Shown: positions 39,725 to 52,741 of the stretch, piece by piece
Layout of the letters: each line of letters starts with the position of its first letter
Numbering within the stretch: position 1 is the first letter of the stretch
Assembly: GCA_965112155.1 (NCBI GenBank)
Contig: OZ218109.1
Origin: Podarcis liolepis
Lineage: Eukaryota
Length of the DNA stretch: 64,000 bases
Reading direction: 5' to 3' (one strand)
The notes under the pieces: generated by a model
Told to the model about the DNA's origin: nothing
Database searches by the model: none
What the model saw: only the letters and a program-made list of their open reading frames with translations
Program-made: the position numbers and the translations under genes

Positions 39725-39832
39725 TGGATGGCCATCTGTCATGGATGTTTTAGCTGAGATTCTTGCATTGAAGGGGGTTGGACTAAGTGACCCCCAGGGT
39801 CCCTTCCAACTTTACAATTCTGTGATTCTATG
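39725..39832 (+). mobile_element. CR1 LINE 3' end fragment
   Basis: ggatggccatctgtc...gggtcccttccaac...attctgtgattctatg; no tRNA head. Confidence 0.78.
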
Positions 39833-40266
39833 TGTGTGGGAATTGTTGCAACACATTGCCTAAAATTTAGCCACATTGGTATCAAGCAGACCTCTCCAGC
39901 GAGGGCATTCCAAAACCAACACCTCCATTCCAGGCCTTCTCTTTGGTCACTGTGAATCTTACTCTAGGTCAAGGGTGGGTGACTTGCAACCCTAGGTCCA
40001 CATAGAGCCCTCTAACAAATTTCACACAGTTGGCAAAGTGGGAGGAGAGGGAGAAACTTCTGGTTCTGTGAGGACTAAGGATCAAAGACCATTTCCAAAA
40101 AGCATTACTAAACTAAAATTCCCATGAGTCCTTGGACAGAGCCCTGACAGTTCAGATATTATGTTAATTACCCACCCTTCACCTTAAGGTGCCACGATGG
40201 TTAAAACAATTATATCCATCTGTGGTGCAGACAACCTGCCCATGTCCCAAAGTGTGTTGTATACTA

Positions 40267-40478
40267 CAGTGGTACCTCGGGTTAAGTACTTAATTCGTTC
40301 TGGAGGTCCGTTCTTAACCTGAAACTGTTCTTAACCTGAAGCACCACTTTAGCTAATGGGGCCTCCTGCTGCTGCATGATTTCTGTTCTCATCCTGAAGC
40401 AAAGTTCTTAACCCGAGGTACTATTTCTGGGTTAGCGGAGTCTGTAACCTGAAGCGTATGCAACCCGAGGTACCACTG
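40267..40478. mobile_element. Tigger-like MITE, family A copy 2
   Basis: TIR CAGTGGTACCTCGGGTT; TA TSD. Confidence 0.9.
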
Positions 40479-41536
40479 TACTGTCATACTCCTCAAACCA
40501 CGTATGCACATATATCATTTTAAGGAAATGATCAGTGAAGCATCACTGGAGTGAACTGGGATTAGGCAGAAGTAGCACTTGGCCAAAGGACACACATTCA
40601 GCCAGTCTGCTATAATTGACTAAAGGACTGTAGAGCAAGGCCACATCCCTAGTGCAAAACAATCAAAATTATCAACAGGTTGCTTTTATCCTTGCCCTCA
40701 GTTCCAAATGAAAACATGACAGTGATGAATCTGCAATAATAACTATTTTGTGTTCACATCAGTCATCCAATGCAGAGGAAACATTTTCCAACCCACTGCT
40801 GAGACATTCTCCAATATTATTATGAGTCAGCTGCCCCAAAGCATCTCATTTTCCAGTGGCTAAACCTAGCCTGTTGCAGGTTTTTGCTTTTAGTTTTTAA
40901 GTGCAGACTCTGTTTTTAAAGCAATCTTATGCCTCCTCCTCCACTCCTCCTGGCTTCCCAATGGCTTAGCTGGTGTTGCATTGAGTATGGACAGAGAAGC
41001 AGTCTCCATTGAGCAGGAGCAGGCAGCGAGAGCAAATATTACTGGACAACTTAGGGAAAGCCACCATTTCATTCCCAGTACACGACATCATCTGTGGAAC
41101 GGGGTAATGCACCCTTTTAAAAAATCCAGCAGCTTCGTTCTCCATGTGTAGCTTAGTAACAGAACAATCACAACCGTATCTACTTCAAAGTAGGTCATAC
41201 TGAATTCAATGGGGCTTACCATCAGGTAAGTGGGCTGAGGACTGCAGTCTAAAACACTAAGCTTTGAATCAGCAAGACCTCTGTCATAAACTCTTAAGGG
41301 CTGCTTTGACACTGAGCATTTTTACTTATGGAAGTCACACTTCCTTCACTCTAATTTTCAGAGACATCTGTAGTGATAAAAGCATCCTCCTCCCAGATTT
41401 TCCCTGTTCAGCTTCTTTATTCCTCCAGAGTTCAGAAAAATCTGTTTGTTCTCTTGACATAATGGAACAGCTATGCAATTTCCATCACACAGTTGGTCCA
41501 GCCTATACAGAGCAACAGTGGCCTGAAAAGACCGTA

Positions 41537-41750
41537 CAGTGGTACCTTGGGTTAAGAACTTAATTCGTTCTGGAGGTCCGTTCTTAACCTGAAACTGTTC
41601 TTAACCTGAAGCACCACTTTAGCTAATGGGGCCTTCCGCTGCCGCCGCCGTGTGATTTCTGTTCTCATCCTGAAGCAAAGTTCTTAACCCGAGTTACTAT
41701 TTCTGGGTCAGGTCTGTAACCTGAAGCGTCTGTAACCCGAGGTACCACTG
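41537..41750. mobile_element. Tigger-like MITE, family A copy 3
   Basis: Same TIRs; TA TSD. Confidence 0.9.
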
Positions 41751-41955
41751 TACTGTAGTATGTTTGGAGGGCAGCAGTGGGGGAGAGAGTACTGCACCTT
41801 CTTTCCCTGCCCCTGCACGGTCTAAGTGATGTCCCCCAATAAACATTTGGACTGGGGAAACGTGGGCTGATCACAACAGAATGCAATTTGGATTCCAGAA
41901 GTCTAGATGAGGTTGCTACTGTCCTTCCTGTTTAAAACAGAGGAGCAAAGACTAG

Positions 41956-42211
41956 GCATTGCCTGGAAACAGTCAGGCTGTGCATCCATAGCAGAAGAGG
42001 AATGACTGCTAGAAAGAACAGAGAGAGAAGAAACACTATGCTGCATCTGCAGCAGCACAACCGGGCGCCTTCATCTGCCCCAGCTGCAACAAAACATCTC
42101 TCACCACATCAGTCTCGACAGCCACAGCAGGCACTATAACCTTCCAACAGTTTGACTTCACCCCCAAAGGCAAACTCCTCCAACTGTCTCCTGAGGCAGA
42201 TGGATACCAAC
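41956..42211 (+). mobile_element. RTE-clade LINE 3' fragment (same family as 59083-59470)
   Basis: Reverse-complement similarity, e.g. ttcatctgccccagctgcaacaaaacatctctc. Confidence 0.75.
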
Positions 42212-43278
42212 CATGCTAAAACATCCATGTCTGTAAGCACCCTAAGTAACCTAGCCCATCCTGGATCAGGCCAATTCCCCTCTAGCCCAGCATCCTGTTC
42301 TCATTTTGGCCAACCGGATGCCTGTGGGAAACGCACAAGCAGGATTCAAACACAAGAGCCACTCTTCCAAATTGTGATTCCCAGCAACTCGTATTTGGAG
42401 ACCTGCTTCCCCCAACCTCCCATGCTATGTCTCCTTTGGCCTTTAGATAAGCTGCTATCTCTCAGTCCAGGCCTATATCTAGAGAGGCTACTGATCTACC
42501 ATACAGGGTTCTTGTAAGAAGACCTGGGAAAGTCTTCTGCAAGCCAACCTCCCCAACAACGGAAGGAAAAATGGACCACTGTGCAGCTAGAGGAAGCATT
42601 CGGATCATTGCCGCCCTGTCCCCCTTATCCCTTGTCTACTTAGTTACTGTGCCTGGTGAAAAATTTATGAAGCCCTAGTCATAAGATGTTTTCAGACAGA
42701 CGTACTTAACTGCCAGCCCTTCCTTCACTAACTGCAGCAGCTTTCACACCAGCATTTATAATGTCAATGGAGAGTTCTATTTAAGCATTTATTGCTGGCG
42801 GTGGTCCACCGAGATCCATTAGAGTGTGGCGCAATCTCCCTCAGGGAAGTGGTGGGTAGCCGAGGGCCTCTGAAACCAGACTGGGCAAAATGCTATTTTT
42901 AAGGAATCGATGGCAAGACAGACACTGGCCACTGCCCAAGGAGAAGAGCTTGCAGCTGCTCCTAAATCCCCTTTTGTGATATGTTTACTGGGGCGTAAAC
43001 ATATCATGGCTGAGTCACAGAAACTTCTTGGCACAACTTGCTAAATCATGTTTGCCCACCTGAACACTGGAATGCTGGGTCTACAGTACAATGACAGCAC
43101 ACATTCTCCCTTTCCCTCAAGGCACCTAATTTCTTCTCAAGAAGTGCCAGATTCAGGCTAGAGGTACTTTCCTTTCCTGCTGCAGTCTCCATGTGCAACT
43201 CTGGGATACGCAGAGGTGGTGGAGAGAGGAAGTTTTTTGGGGGGCAGGGTTGTACTTAGTCCTAGTGTGCATGACCTC

Positions 43279-43639
43279 TGAAATATACTCGGAGTCGAGT
43301 GTGGATTTCATGCTCTTTATTTAGCTCATAGTAGTGAGGAATGGAAGTTCCCCAAAAATATCTGCTTTATATACATTATTTATAATGGGCCACACGTGAT
43401 TGGCTACTTCTGGGATTCTCCTGTGGGCCAATCAGGTTGCGGATTCACTCCCACCTGGAGCTGGATTGGGTGGCTCCTGCAGACCAATCACACTGCTGCA
43501 TTGTTCTAGGACCAATCAGACTGCTGCATTCTGGACCCTATTGTTCTAGGACCAATCAGACTGCTGCATTCTGAATCCTATTGTTCTAGGACCAATCAGA
43601 CTGCTGCCTTTTGGACCCTATTCAACTCAGTACATAACA
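43279..43639 (-). mobile_element. Solo LTR (361 bp), Gypsy-like, CCAAT-rich
   Basis: TG...CA; 5-bp TSD ACCTC (43274-43278, 43640-43644); 40-bp tandem repeats, TATATAAA (43366-43373) and AATAAA (43316-43321) in order on the minus strand. Confidence 0.88.
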
Positions 43640-45493
43640 ACCTCTTTCAGACAACACTATTTTCTGTTATTAGAAAGATGTGAGGCATCCTTCCGAATGC
43701 ATGGTGAATGGGAGTTAATTGTCGTTTTAATTCTTTCAAGCAGTGAAGAGGTTGCTTGTTTACCTTGCTTCTCCCAAACCCTGTGCCTGAGAATGGACCA
43801 TATTTGTGGATTGCCCAATCTTGGGACTCTAACTTAGTCTGCAGCCTTGGAGGCCCATTGGATGGGTACACAAGCAGGACTTTAGACACCAGGGGCAAAT
43901 ATGACTTTCCTAGAGCCAGCCTTTCTTCAGTGATATGGCCACACACAATATGTCTGAAATCACAAAGTGTTTTTTTGTGCCAAGTCATTTCCAGGTGAAG
44001 CTTGAAAAGCTTAGGAGAGTATGTAATAAATGCATATCAAAGGAAAGCATGCGATTCACCACTAGGATCCAGGAGCTGCCGTGAAATCAAAGACCCAAAG
44101 CTCTCTTACATTTTGTGTTCATCTTTTTACATGAGAAAAGGAATGGGCAGTTGCTAGAAAAGCAGAGTCATGGCAAAAAGGTTGAGGGAAATGGAAGGAT
44201 GGAGTCAGGCAAGAGAGGAAGAGACAAGGAGAGGGAAAAAGGAACTATTTCTGAAGGCACAGAAAATGCAAATGCAAAAACTATCATCACCCTCTGTATT
44301 AAAACCCCCACACAACCCTATCTGGAGCTCTATCAAATCTTAGGTGAAATGATTGGTAGAATGAAGACTTTGTTTCCCAATGCATGCACAAGAAACTTTG
44401 TTGGGCTGATAGAAGGGGGATGGATGGGAATATAAGGTCATCTTACACACCAGATTTCTGACTTTATGGCTGCAGCCAGGACACACTTCCAGGTACAGCT
44501 TTTTCCAGGGCTGGGGGAGCTCTCTCATGTGTACATGACAAATGGCTATTAAAACACGTGATTACTATAACAGTGCCTTTTGGGTGGTGGCACTACAACT
44601 TTGGACGGCCCTCTGTGGGGAGATGTGAATGGTTCCCTCTCTTCCCATTTTTAGGCAGGCAATGCTCTGCTGTTTTAGTAGGCTTTATGCAGTTCCACGT
44701 TTATGTAGCGCTGCTTTTAGTTGTGCTGAATTTACTGGAAAATCACATGGCATTGTTAGCTCTGTGCGCCATTCTGCAAGTCTGGCTGCACTGCTGGGTA
44801 CCTGCCAAGACCTACATCCCCGCAAGAAGTCCAGTTCCATCCCCTGGATCCTTGTGGCTCTGCTGTTCCTCCACTTGGCTGTTGCTCCCTGCTCATCTGC
44901 TCTCTTTGACCAGATAAATAAAGTACTTTAAAAATAATAATCTCAACCACCTTTAATTAAAGTGTTCCAGGGAGATGTACAATAATATTTACAAGAAAAA
45001 GCCCCTTAAGCTGGGCATCCTTTTAAAAATGGCAGATCTGTGCAAACCAGCCACACCATAAAGCTGCAGAGAAAGGAATGAAGAGAACAATCTCCCTCTC
45101 CCCCCCCCACACCAGGCAAAAAAAACAAAACAAAAACAGAAGCAAAGGAAACTTGCCTCCCCCATTACCTTTACAACCTCTCTGCATTCCACTCACACTT
45201 GGTAATCTGACACTAAGGAAGAGTTTAAGTCACCATCCTCCAGCTACTGTTTGAAGGTCAGGCAGTTCAAATAACAAGAAGTCAAAGTACAAATTGTTGT
45301 CTTATAGATGTTACTGTGTGTGTGAAGTTGTATGTCTTCCCACTAAACACAGCTGGCCTAACCTTTCGTTGAAGGAATCCAGCTAACCTTAGACTCTTTA
45401 TCTGGAAGAAGTGCTTTGGACTCCCTACTAGGGACAGATACATAAACAAACACACACTTTTCCATAAAATTAAGCAGCTGCTACTTTGCAACC

Positions 45494-45849
45494 GGGGATG
45501 CAGGTGGTGCTGTGGGTTAAACCACAGAGCCTAGGACTTGCTGATCAGAAGGTCGGCGGTTCGAATCCCTGCAACGGGGTGAGCTCCTGTTGCTCGGTCC
45601 CTGCTCCTGCCAACCTAGCAGTTCGAAAGCACGTCAAAGTGCAAGTAGATAAATAGATACCGCTCCAGCAGGAAGGTAAACGGTGTTTCCGTGTGCTGCT
45701 CTGGTTTGCCAGAAGCAGTTTAGTCATGCTGGCTACATGACCCGGAAGCTGTACGCCGGCTCCCTTGGCCAATAAAGCGAGATGAGCGCCGCAACCCCAG
45801 AGTCGGCCACGACTGGACCCAATGGTCAGGGGTCCCTTTACCTTTACCT
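45494..45849 (+). mobile_element. Sauria SINE, full length
   Basis: tRNA-like head with A/B boxes, ACCTTT tail; TSD TACTTTGCAACC at 45482-45493 and 45850-45861. Confidence 0.95.
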
Positions 45850-46265
45850 TACTTTGCAACCAGGAGGTTTGCAAGACAGCATTAAAATTACCTTTAGACA
45901 GGGCAGGTCTCTCACCAGGTTCTGCCATAGTCACTCTGCCCAAGCTTTATCTACTCCAGACATGCCAGACAACAGATCAGCATTAGGGAAGGAGTAGGCA
46001 GGGGCAGCCAGAGCTGCTATGTCATTTTAAAGTTAGAAACCTCTGGTTTGCAACCCTTACCCCAATTGCAAGGATGCCTGTACCAGCTCAGATTTAACAA
46101 GCAACTCTGTCTGCCAGGTTGTTGCATTAAATATATACAGTATATATTGGCTCTGTTCCTGTGCCTTTAACAACAGCCTGACATACAGAAATGCTGCAAG
46201 TAAACCTGCTCCCAGCACTCAGCTTCCACCTGCTTCATTTCTGCTGTTAAAGGCACAGAAACAGA

Positions 46266-46578
46266 GAATCATAGTGGGAAGGGACCCCAAGGGTCATCTA
46301 GTTCAACCCCCTGCAATGCAGGAACCTGGGCTAAAGCATCCTTGACAGATGGCCATCCAATCTCTGCTTAGAAACCTCCAAGGAAGGACAGTCCACCACC
46401 TTTCGTGAGAGTCTGTTCCTCCACTAAACAATTCTTACAATCAGAAATTTTTTCTGATCATTTAGTCGGAATCCCCTTTCTTGCAACTTTAAGCCACTGG
46501 TTCGAGTCCTACCCTCCAGAGCAGGAGTAAACAAGCATGCTTCCTCCTCCATGTGACAGCCCTTAAGATATCTGAAAA
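46266..46578 (-). mobile_element. CR1 LINE 3' fragment
   Basis: Typical CR1 3' end (plus strand gggaagggaccccaagggtcatctagttcaaccccctgcaatgcagg) with upstream ORF2 remnant; abuts a MITE at 46581. Confidence 0.82.
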
Positions 46579-46580
46579 TA

Positions 46581-46822
46581 CAGTGGTACCTCGGGTTAAG
46601 TACTTAATTCGTTCCGGAGGTCCGTACTTAACCTGAAACTGTTCTTAACCTGAAGCACCACTTTAGCTAATGGGGCCTCCTGCTGCCACCGCACCGCTGG
46701 AGCACGGTTTCTGTTCTCATCCTGAAGCAAAGTTCTTAACCTGAGGTAATATTTCTGGGTTAGCGGAGTCTGTAACCTGAAGCATATGTAACCTGAAGTG
46801 TATGTAACCCGAGGTACCACTG
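46581..46822. mobile_element. Tigger-like MITE, family A copy 4
   Basis: Perfect 18-bp TIR CAGTGGTACCTCGGGTTA; TA TSD. Confidence 0.92.
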
Positions 46823-46860
46823 TACAAAGAGACAGAAGCATTTCAGTTTCTGTGGAACTA

Positions 46861-47278
46861 CAGGCAACGACCATTTTACACGGGGCTTACATTCCAAGGC
46901 ACCGTGGGTTTAAGTGAAACTGCGTATATTGGGGACGCCCATAGAAAAAGCCCGTGAACACCCTCTGTAAACCCCAGAAAAACCCTTTAAAAAACCAGCA
47001 GCACTTACCAGATGCCAAACTCCACCACAGTTGTTCCCTCCAAACCTCCTTTCTCAAACTCCAACTCTCCACAGGCCTCAATGGTTGGTGCAAGGGCTTT
47101 TGCGATTGTACTTGCAAAAGCTCGTGGGATTGCTAGATGCTGTTTTCACACCGTTTTTGCCCTTTCCACACTTTTTAAGGGCCACTGTTGCCCTTTTCCC
47201 GGTCACTTCCGGGTTCGCGGCAACCCGCGTGTGCATGACCAGACACAAATTGAATGTGTGTAAAATGGTCATTGCCTG
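46861..47278. mobile_element. Tigger-like MITE, family C
   Basis: 21-bp TIR CAGGCAA(C/T)GACCATTTTACAC; TA TSD. Confidence 0.85.
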
Positions 47279-48671
47279 TACTTATAGCAATGGGAAATCA
47301 AGTATGAAAATTAGAAAGCATTAAAGTATGCCCAGCCAGTGAAGGGTGGTGAAATCTCAGCTGGGGGGGGGGGTCAAATAAATTAAATTTGCCTTTCTGG
47401 GCTGTGACCAGGCGTTCACCTTTTACCTTTACATCATCTGATGCTGAGGTAGCTTCTGCTTCCAGTGTCCCCCCCATTTCTGAAATCTTCCTCTTTTCCC
47501 ATCAACAGATATAGGGAGCTAATGTCAGGTAAACAATATAAGCCACAGCTGCTAAGCATTTTGCTTTATGGGTGGATTTAAAGACAGAGGAGGAAATCTT
47601 CAGGTTGCAACCTGAGCATGTAGACAGCAGATGTGTTATTCCCTGTCAGAGGAACTGAAGTCCTAACACAGAAAGGCTGCAAAGGATATGTGACGCAAGG
47701 CTTATAAATCATGGTTTCTCCGCCACTGTCAGACTTGCCGGCTATCTTATGCAGCCACGCTCCAGAAAATAGGAAGAGTTATTGAGCCAATGAAAGATGT
47801 GATAAGTACAGTACACAGTCAGGGGCAAGCTATCCATCTCACAGTCATCTCAGTTTCCTGTGTCTAAGCCACCTTTTTAAAAAAACAAAATTAATTTTGT
47901 TCTGGTGGACGGTCTCAGAAATAAATATGGATGCTAAAAGAATACAACCAAGGATCCTGCTTCCATACCATGATGGTTTTCCTCAAACAAGCTCCCAGCA
48001 AACTTTCCTGCTGCTGTAAAGAAAGTTTGGGGGTCAAATGGGACATTGTTCACAGGAAAATTATTCCTGCACCTGTACCTTTAACAGCAGTCACATGCAG
48101 AGAAATTTAGCAGGTGAATGTTTTTACCCACCATTTATCTCCACGGTGGAAAATGGTTTCTTTGCATTAGGCTGCCATCAGAAGCAGGGCAGTTAAAAAA
48201 GGAGGGGAGGGGAAATGTTGGTGATCCTAGAAGTTAAGAGATAATACTATTTCAATCTGCAGAGTCTCTTCCACCAAATATAAGTATTAGCAAATACATC
48301 AATATTGATGAAATATCTGAGAACCCCCTGGCTCTTGAAGACATATCTTCTAAATCAAGTACTTCCCTGAACCTGAGCTTTCTGATTTAATTGTTTTAAT
48401 CGTTCTTTTAACCGTTTTAATTGTTATGCTTCTTCGCAGGCTTGTTTTATTGTTTATATTAAATACAGGTGTTTTTATGTTTCGATGGAATTGCTTTATT
48501 CTGTATTTCAATTATGTGTGGATATTGAATACTTGATTTTATACTTGTAAACTGCTTTGAAACTATTTTGGTATGCAAGGATTATATCACTAAATACACA
48601 GTGCCGACATTGATCAAAAGCAAAGGGTTATGTCGCAATCGTCAGATTTGAATAATGACATATTAAAAGTA

Positions 48672-48960
48672 AAAAAATTCCTTCCAGTAGCACCTTAAAG
48701 ACCAACTAAGTTAGTTCTTGGTATGAGCTTTCGTGTGCATGCACACTTCTTCAGATACACTGAAACAGAAGTTGCCAGATCCTTCTATATAGTGAGAAGG
48801 TGGGGAGGGGTATTACTCAGAAGGGTGGTGGGAATGGGTGATTGGCAGATAGCTGAGATGAGCCTGTTGACGACTCTTAACGACTGCAATAGGTCTTACA
48901 GGAAAAAGCAAGGGGTGAGAAGGTGAAAAATGGGTTAGTCATGTATAATGAGATAAGAAA
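48672..48960. mobile_element. Penelope-like retroelement fragment
   Basis: ccagtagcaccttaaagaccaactaag...gtgcatgcacacttcttcagatac terminus; perfect 12-bp TSD ATATTAAAAGTA at 48660-48671 and 48961-48972. Family assignment from recall. Confidence 0.7.
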
Positions 48961-49228
48961 ATATTAAAAGTAGTTTCAGAAAAGCGGACTCACAGGAGAC
49001 ACCAAGAGATGAGTGGTATGCAAAAGTAGAATGTAGGACTAGAGACTATTTAGTGCAAAACAACCGTTGCGAATTGGAGTAAACAGTAAACCAAGTAACT
49101 AAGGTTAGAACAAGATTGTGGAGTAGAAATTTAGATGTAAAGGAGAAAAATATGGAAGCAGCATGAGATTTTTAGGAAGAGATCATGGTGATAGGAAGCA
49201 CCTGCCATTCCTATGGTTGGGAATATAC

Positions 49229-49733
49229 CGTTGCACGCCACCCCAATCTCAGAACAATGTGAGATTCCAGGCACTTACCCAGGGTTTGTGTTTCCTTCGG
49301 AAAAAGGGATAGCGGAGACTGTAGTGTCTTTATAATATATGGTTTATTTACGCACATATACACAGCCTGACCCTATGGTGGAGAGGTTCACAGCATTAAC
49401 AGCCCAAGAGGATATTGTTTCTCTAATAGCCACAGCCTTGGATTTGAACAGAAATCAAGCATGCCTCCATCTCTCTGGCTTCTGCTTGGTTCTTTCCAGC
49501 TTCCAGCTCACATCATTCCCATGTCTCTGATCTCAACTCTGCCTCTGTCCTTCTAGCTTCCCACGAATTGAAGGAGGGGGCCCCACCCATTTGCCATCTA
49601 GCACAGAGCCCCTTTCTTTGTTCTCCTTAATGGCCCATCACCCAGGCTATCACCTCACCAGGAAGCTAGCCTGGGTATTAAAAAATAGAATGGGGTCCAG
49701 ACATTAGGCTCACCCCTTCCCAAACTCATAACA
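49229..49733 (-). mobile_element. Probable solo LTR (505 bp)
   Basis: Minus strand begins TGTTATG and ends CAACG (expected CA mutated); 4-bp TSD ATAC (49225-49228, 49734-49737); AATAAA on minus at 49343-49348. Confidence 0.55.
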
Positions 49734-50463
49734 ATACTAACTGACCCCAGATATAGGGAGATGGCAAAACCAAATGATAGAAAAGATTTTGGTTACTAGG
49801 AATGGCATAAGTAAGGCCTAGTAGGAAATAGCAATTGGGAAGGCTTGCTGTGGGGAAGGTTCTTCTCACCCGAGACTAGGTGTGCACAGGAGATAAAAAA
49901 TGGCACACAGCTAAAAAGCTTCATATGGGTTACTTAGTGCATGGGGATGGAAGGGTTTCTTGCAAAGGATGCTGAATTTGGTAGACCTTAATCTGATCCA
50001 CCCAGGCACTTCTTATGCTCTTAAGAAAGAACACATACATATTTAGGATCACTTAGCACAGATTAGTCATGCCTCAGCTACCCTAACTACTTTTTTGGTA
50101 CATTTAACACACCTTGATGGAGAATTCTAGCTTTACAAAAAGTAGACTACAGAAGATTGGTCAGCCCTTGGAAGATAACACCCCCTGCTATTGTCTCCCC
50201 ATCTCTTTCTCACCAAGTTTTAGAACTTAACTTAGGTGTCCTATTTTGTGTTATTGTCCTGTTGCCACGCCCTGGGACAAATGCTGACGTAACACCTTAA
50301 GACTGAAGGGAGACCTCCGAGTATTCATATTACATTGCTGTTCTGATCCAAGGCAGGTTTGATCATTGTGACTAAGATTACGGGTTGTTTTTTAAACTTA
50401 GCTGCTTTGTACTTGTTGAGGAAAGACTGGGTATAAATTAACACAGGGCTAGAAAGTCAAAAA

Positions 50464-50816
50464 GGGGACATGGGTGGCGCTGCGGGTTGAACCACAGAAC
50501 CGATCAGAAGGTCGGCGGTTCGAATCCCCGCGATGGGGTAAGCTCCCGTTGCTCAGTCCATGCTTCTGCCAACCAAGCAGTTTGAAAGCACGCCAAAGGG
50601 CAAGTAGATAAATAGGTACCGCTCTGGCGGGAAGGTAAACGGCGTTTCCGTGCGCTGCTCTGGTTCGCCAGAAGCGGCTTAGTCATGCTGGCCACATGAC
50701 CCGGAAGCTGTATGCCGGCTCCTTCGGCCAATAAAGTGGGATGAGCGCCGCAACCCTAGAGTCGGCCACGACTGGACCTAATGGTCAGGGGTCCCTTTAC
50801 CTTTACCGTTACCTTT
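50464..50816 (+). mobile_element. Sauria SINE, near full length
   Basis: Colinear with 45494-45849; small deletion in the head. Confidence 0.93.
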
Positions 50817-50865
50817 AGAAAGGTCTGACATAAGGTTTTCACATGGCCAGAGGTGGAGGTTGATC

Positions 50866-51067
50866 ACATCTGGAAAAACTTTCTGGCAGCAAGAACTGTT
50901 TGACAGTGGAACTGTCTCCCTCAGGAGGTTGTGGACTCTCCTTCCATTTATGTTTCTAAGCAGAGATTGGATGGCCATCTGTCAAGGATGCTTTAGCTGA
51001 GGTTCCTGCATTGCAGGGGCTTGGACTAGATGACCTTTGGGGTCTCTTCCAACTCTACAATTCTCTG
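50866..51067 (+). mobile_element. CR1 LINE 3' fragment
   Basis: cagtggaac...gttgtggactctccttcc...ggatggccatctgtc...ttcctgcattgcagggg...ttccaactctacaattct. Confidence 0.82.
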
Positions 51068-51656
51068 TTGTTATCTAAAATAAATCCTCCATGTTTGATT
51101 GCCATATTGTGATCACATTGTGTGGACCGTACTTAGATCAGCAACTCATGTCAAAGGTGAATGGTTTGAAGAACTCACGTTCACTCAGAAAGGCTGATGG
51201 AAGAATAACCTATCAACTGACTCACCAAGCTATATTTCATACATCCAATCCCCAAATGAGTAATTTCTTCCTCCTATGAAAGTTGCCAGTTGACTTTCAC
51301 ACTCAGAGGCTCCGCAGTGGCCATTCAGGAGTGTTTCCCCACCAAAGTCAACTACTATTTCATACTGGCATGTAAGCAAAGTATACAGTGACCTGATGTG
51401 ATTGATGTTAGAATGAGCTGAGGTCAAAGTATTAGTTTAGTCATCAGTGGCGTCTTGCCAGCCACATCCAACTGCACGTCTCACAGCAACACATATCAGC
51501 TACCTTTGCTCTAGTTCCCATTAGTCATCTCTTTACGTAAATTCTGTAAATCTACAGGTGCTTAATACAGCTGTCAGACTGCAAGCCAGATCGATGCTAA
51601 CCCTTTAAATTCCCAAGTTAAGTGGGAGATTCTGCAACCCATTTTTCCTCTGGCCC

Positions 51657-51658
<2 letters not shown>

Positions 51659-51698
<40 letters not shown>
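51659..51698. repeat. (AC)20 microsatellite
   Basis: Directly visible. Confidence 0.97.
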
Positions 51699-51699
<1 letters not shown>

Positions 51700-51875
51700 A
51701 CTGTAGCAGATGGAAGGTTTGGCTGTCTTCACATTTTTCCCTGAAAAATGCAGGCTTTAAATGTTTGTTACTTCTAAGCTTCAGCAAAAGTATATTGGCT
51801 AAGGGTGATGTTTTACATCTGAATTTAGAATTTTATAAAGTAAAACAGTGTATTGCCTACCCCTGAGAAAAGAGC

Positions 51876-51950
51876 TATAGTATAGTATAGTATAGTATAG
51901 TATAGTATAGTATAGTATAGTATAGTATAGTATAGTATAGTATAGTATAG
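51876..51950. repeat. (TATAG)15 pentanucleotide microsatellite
   Basis: Directly visible. Confidence 0.97.
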
Positions 51951-52381
51951 TATTTATAGATACTATAAATAAGACTGATGGGTGTTCACAGCTAGAATCC
52001 TATACAGGATTAAGCAGAATAAGCAGGTCTGAGGAAGGAACCCAAGTAATCAGAATAGCTTTATCTTACAACAGAAAACTGCATCCTACAAATTAAACAC
52101 TGTATTCTATTGAAGACAATGGTGCCAATAATTAGTTGCTATTTGTAATGGCTGATGGCTAAGTACTCAGTGTGCAAGTTAAAATTTAGGCACACCTTCT
52201 GAAAGCTCCCAAGCAAACCTGCAGAGATTTGCAGTCTAAAAGCCTTTGCTAAGAATCGAGAAGCCATTGGTTCAAACCTCACCTCTGGACTCATTAGGAG
52301 GCCTTAGATAAGGCATCAGCCTCCGTCCTCACCCCAACTGAAATACAGTGATAACTGTAAGACTTAAGTACCTTGCAGAAT

Positions 52382-52741
52382 TAATAATAATAATAATAAT
52401 AATTTATTATTTATAGCCCACCCCTCTGGCTGGGTTTCCCCAACCACTCTGGGCGGCTTCCAACAGGACACTAAAATACAATAACCTATAAAACATTAAA
52501 AGCTTCCCTAAAGAGGGCTGCCTTCAGATGTCTTCTAGAAATTTGGTAGTTATTTTTCTCTTTGACATCTGGTTCGAGGGCGTTCCACAGGGCGGGTGCC
52601 ACTACCGAGAAGGCCCTCTGCCTGGTTCCCTGTAACTTGGCTACTCGCAGCAAGGGAACCGCCAGAAGGCCCTCAGCGCTGGACCTCAGTGTCTGGGCTG
52701 AACGATGGGGGTGGAGATGCTCCTTCAGGTATACTGGACCG
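52382..52741 (-). mobile_element. L2-type LINE 3' fragment
   Basis: (TAA)n tail; minus strand encodes RAFSVVAPALWNAL, an L2 ORF2 C-terminal motif. Confidence 0.8.

Noticed and set aside
43484-43625. 40-bp periodic repeats resembling a CRISPR array
   Set aside because: The units are near-identical with no unique spacers, lie inside an LTR, and the DNA is eukaryotic.
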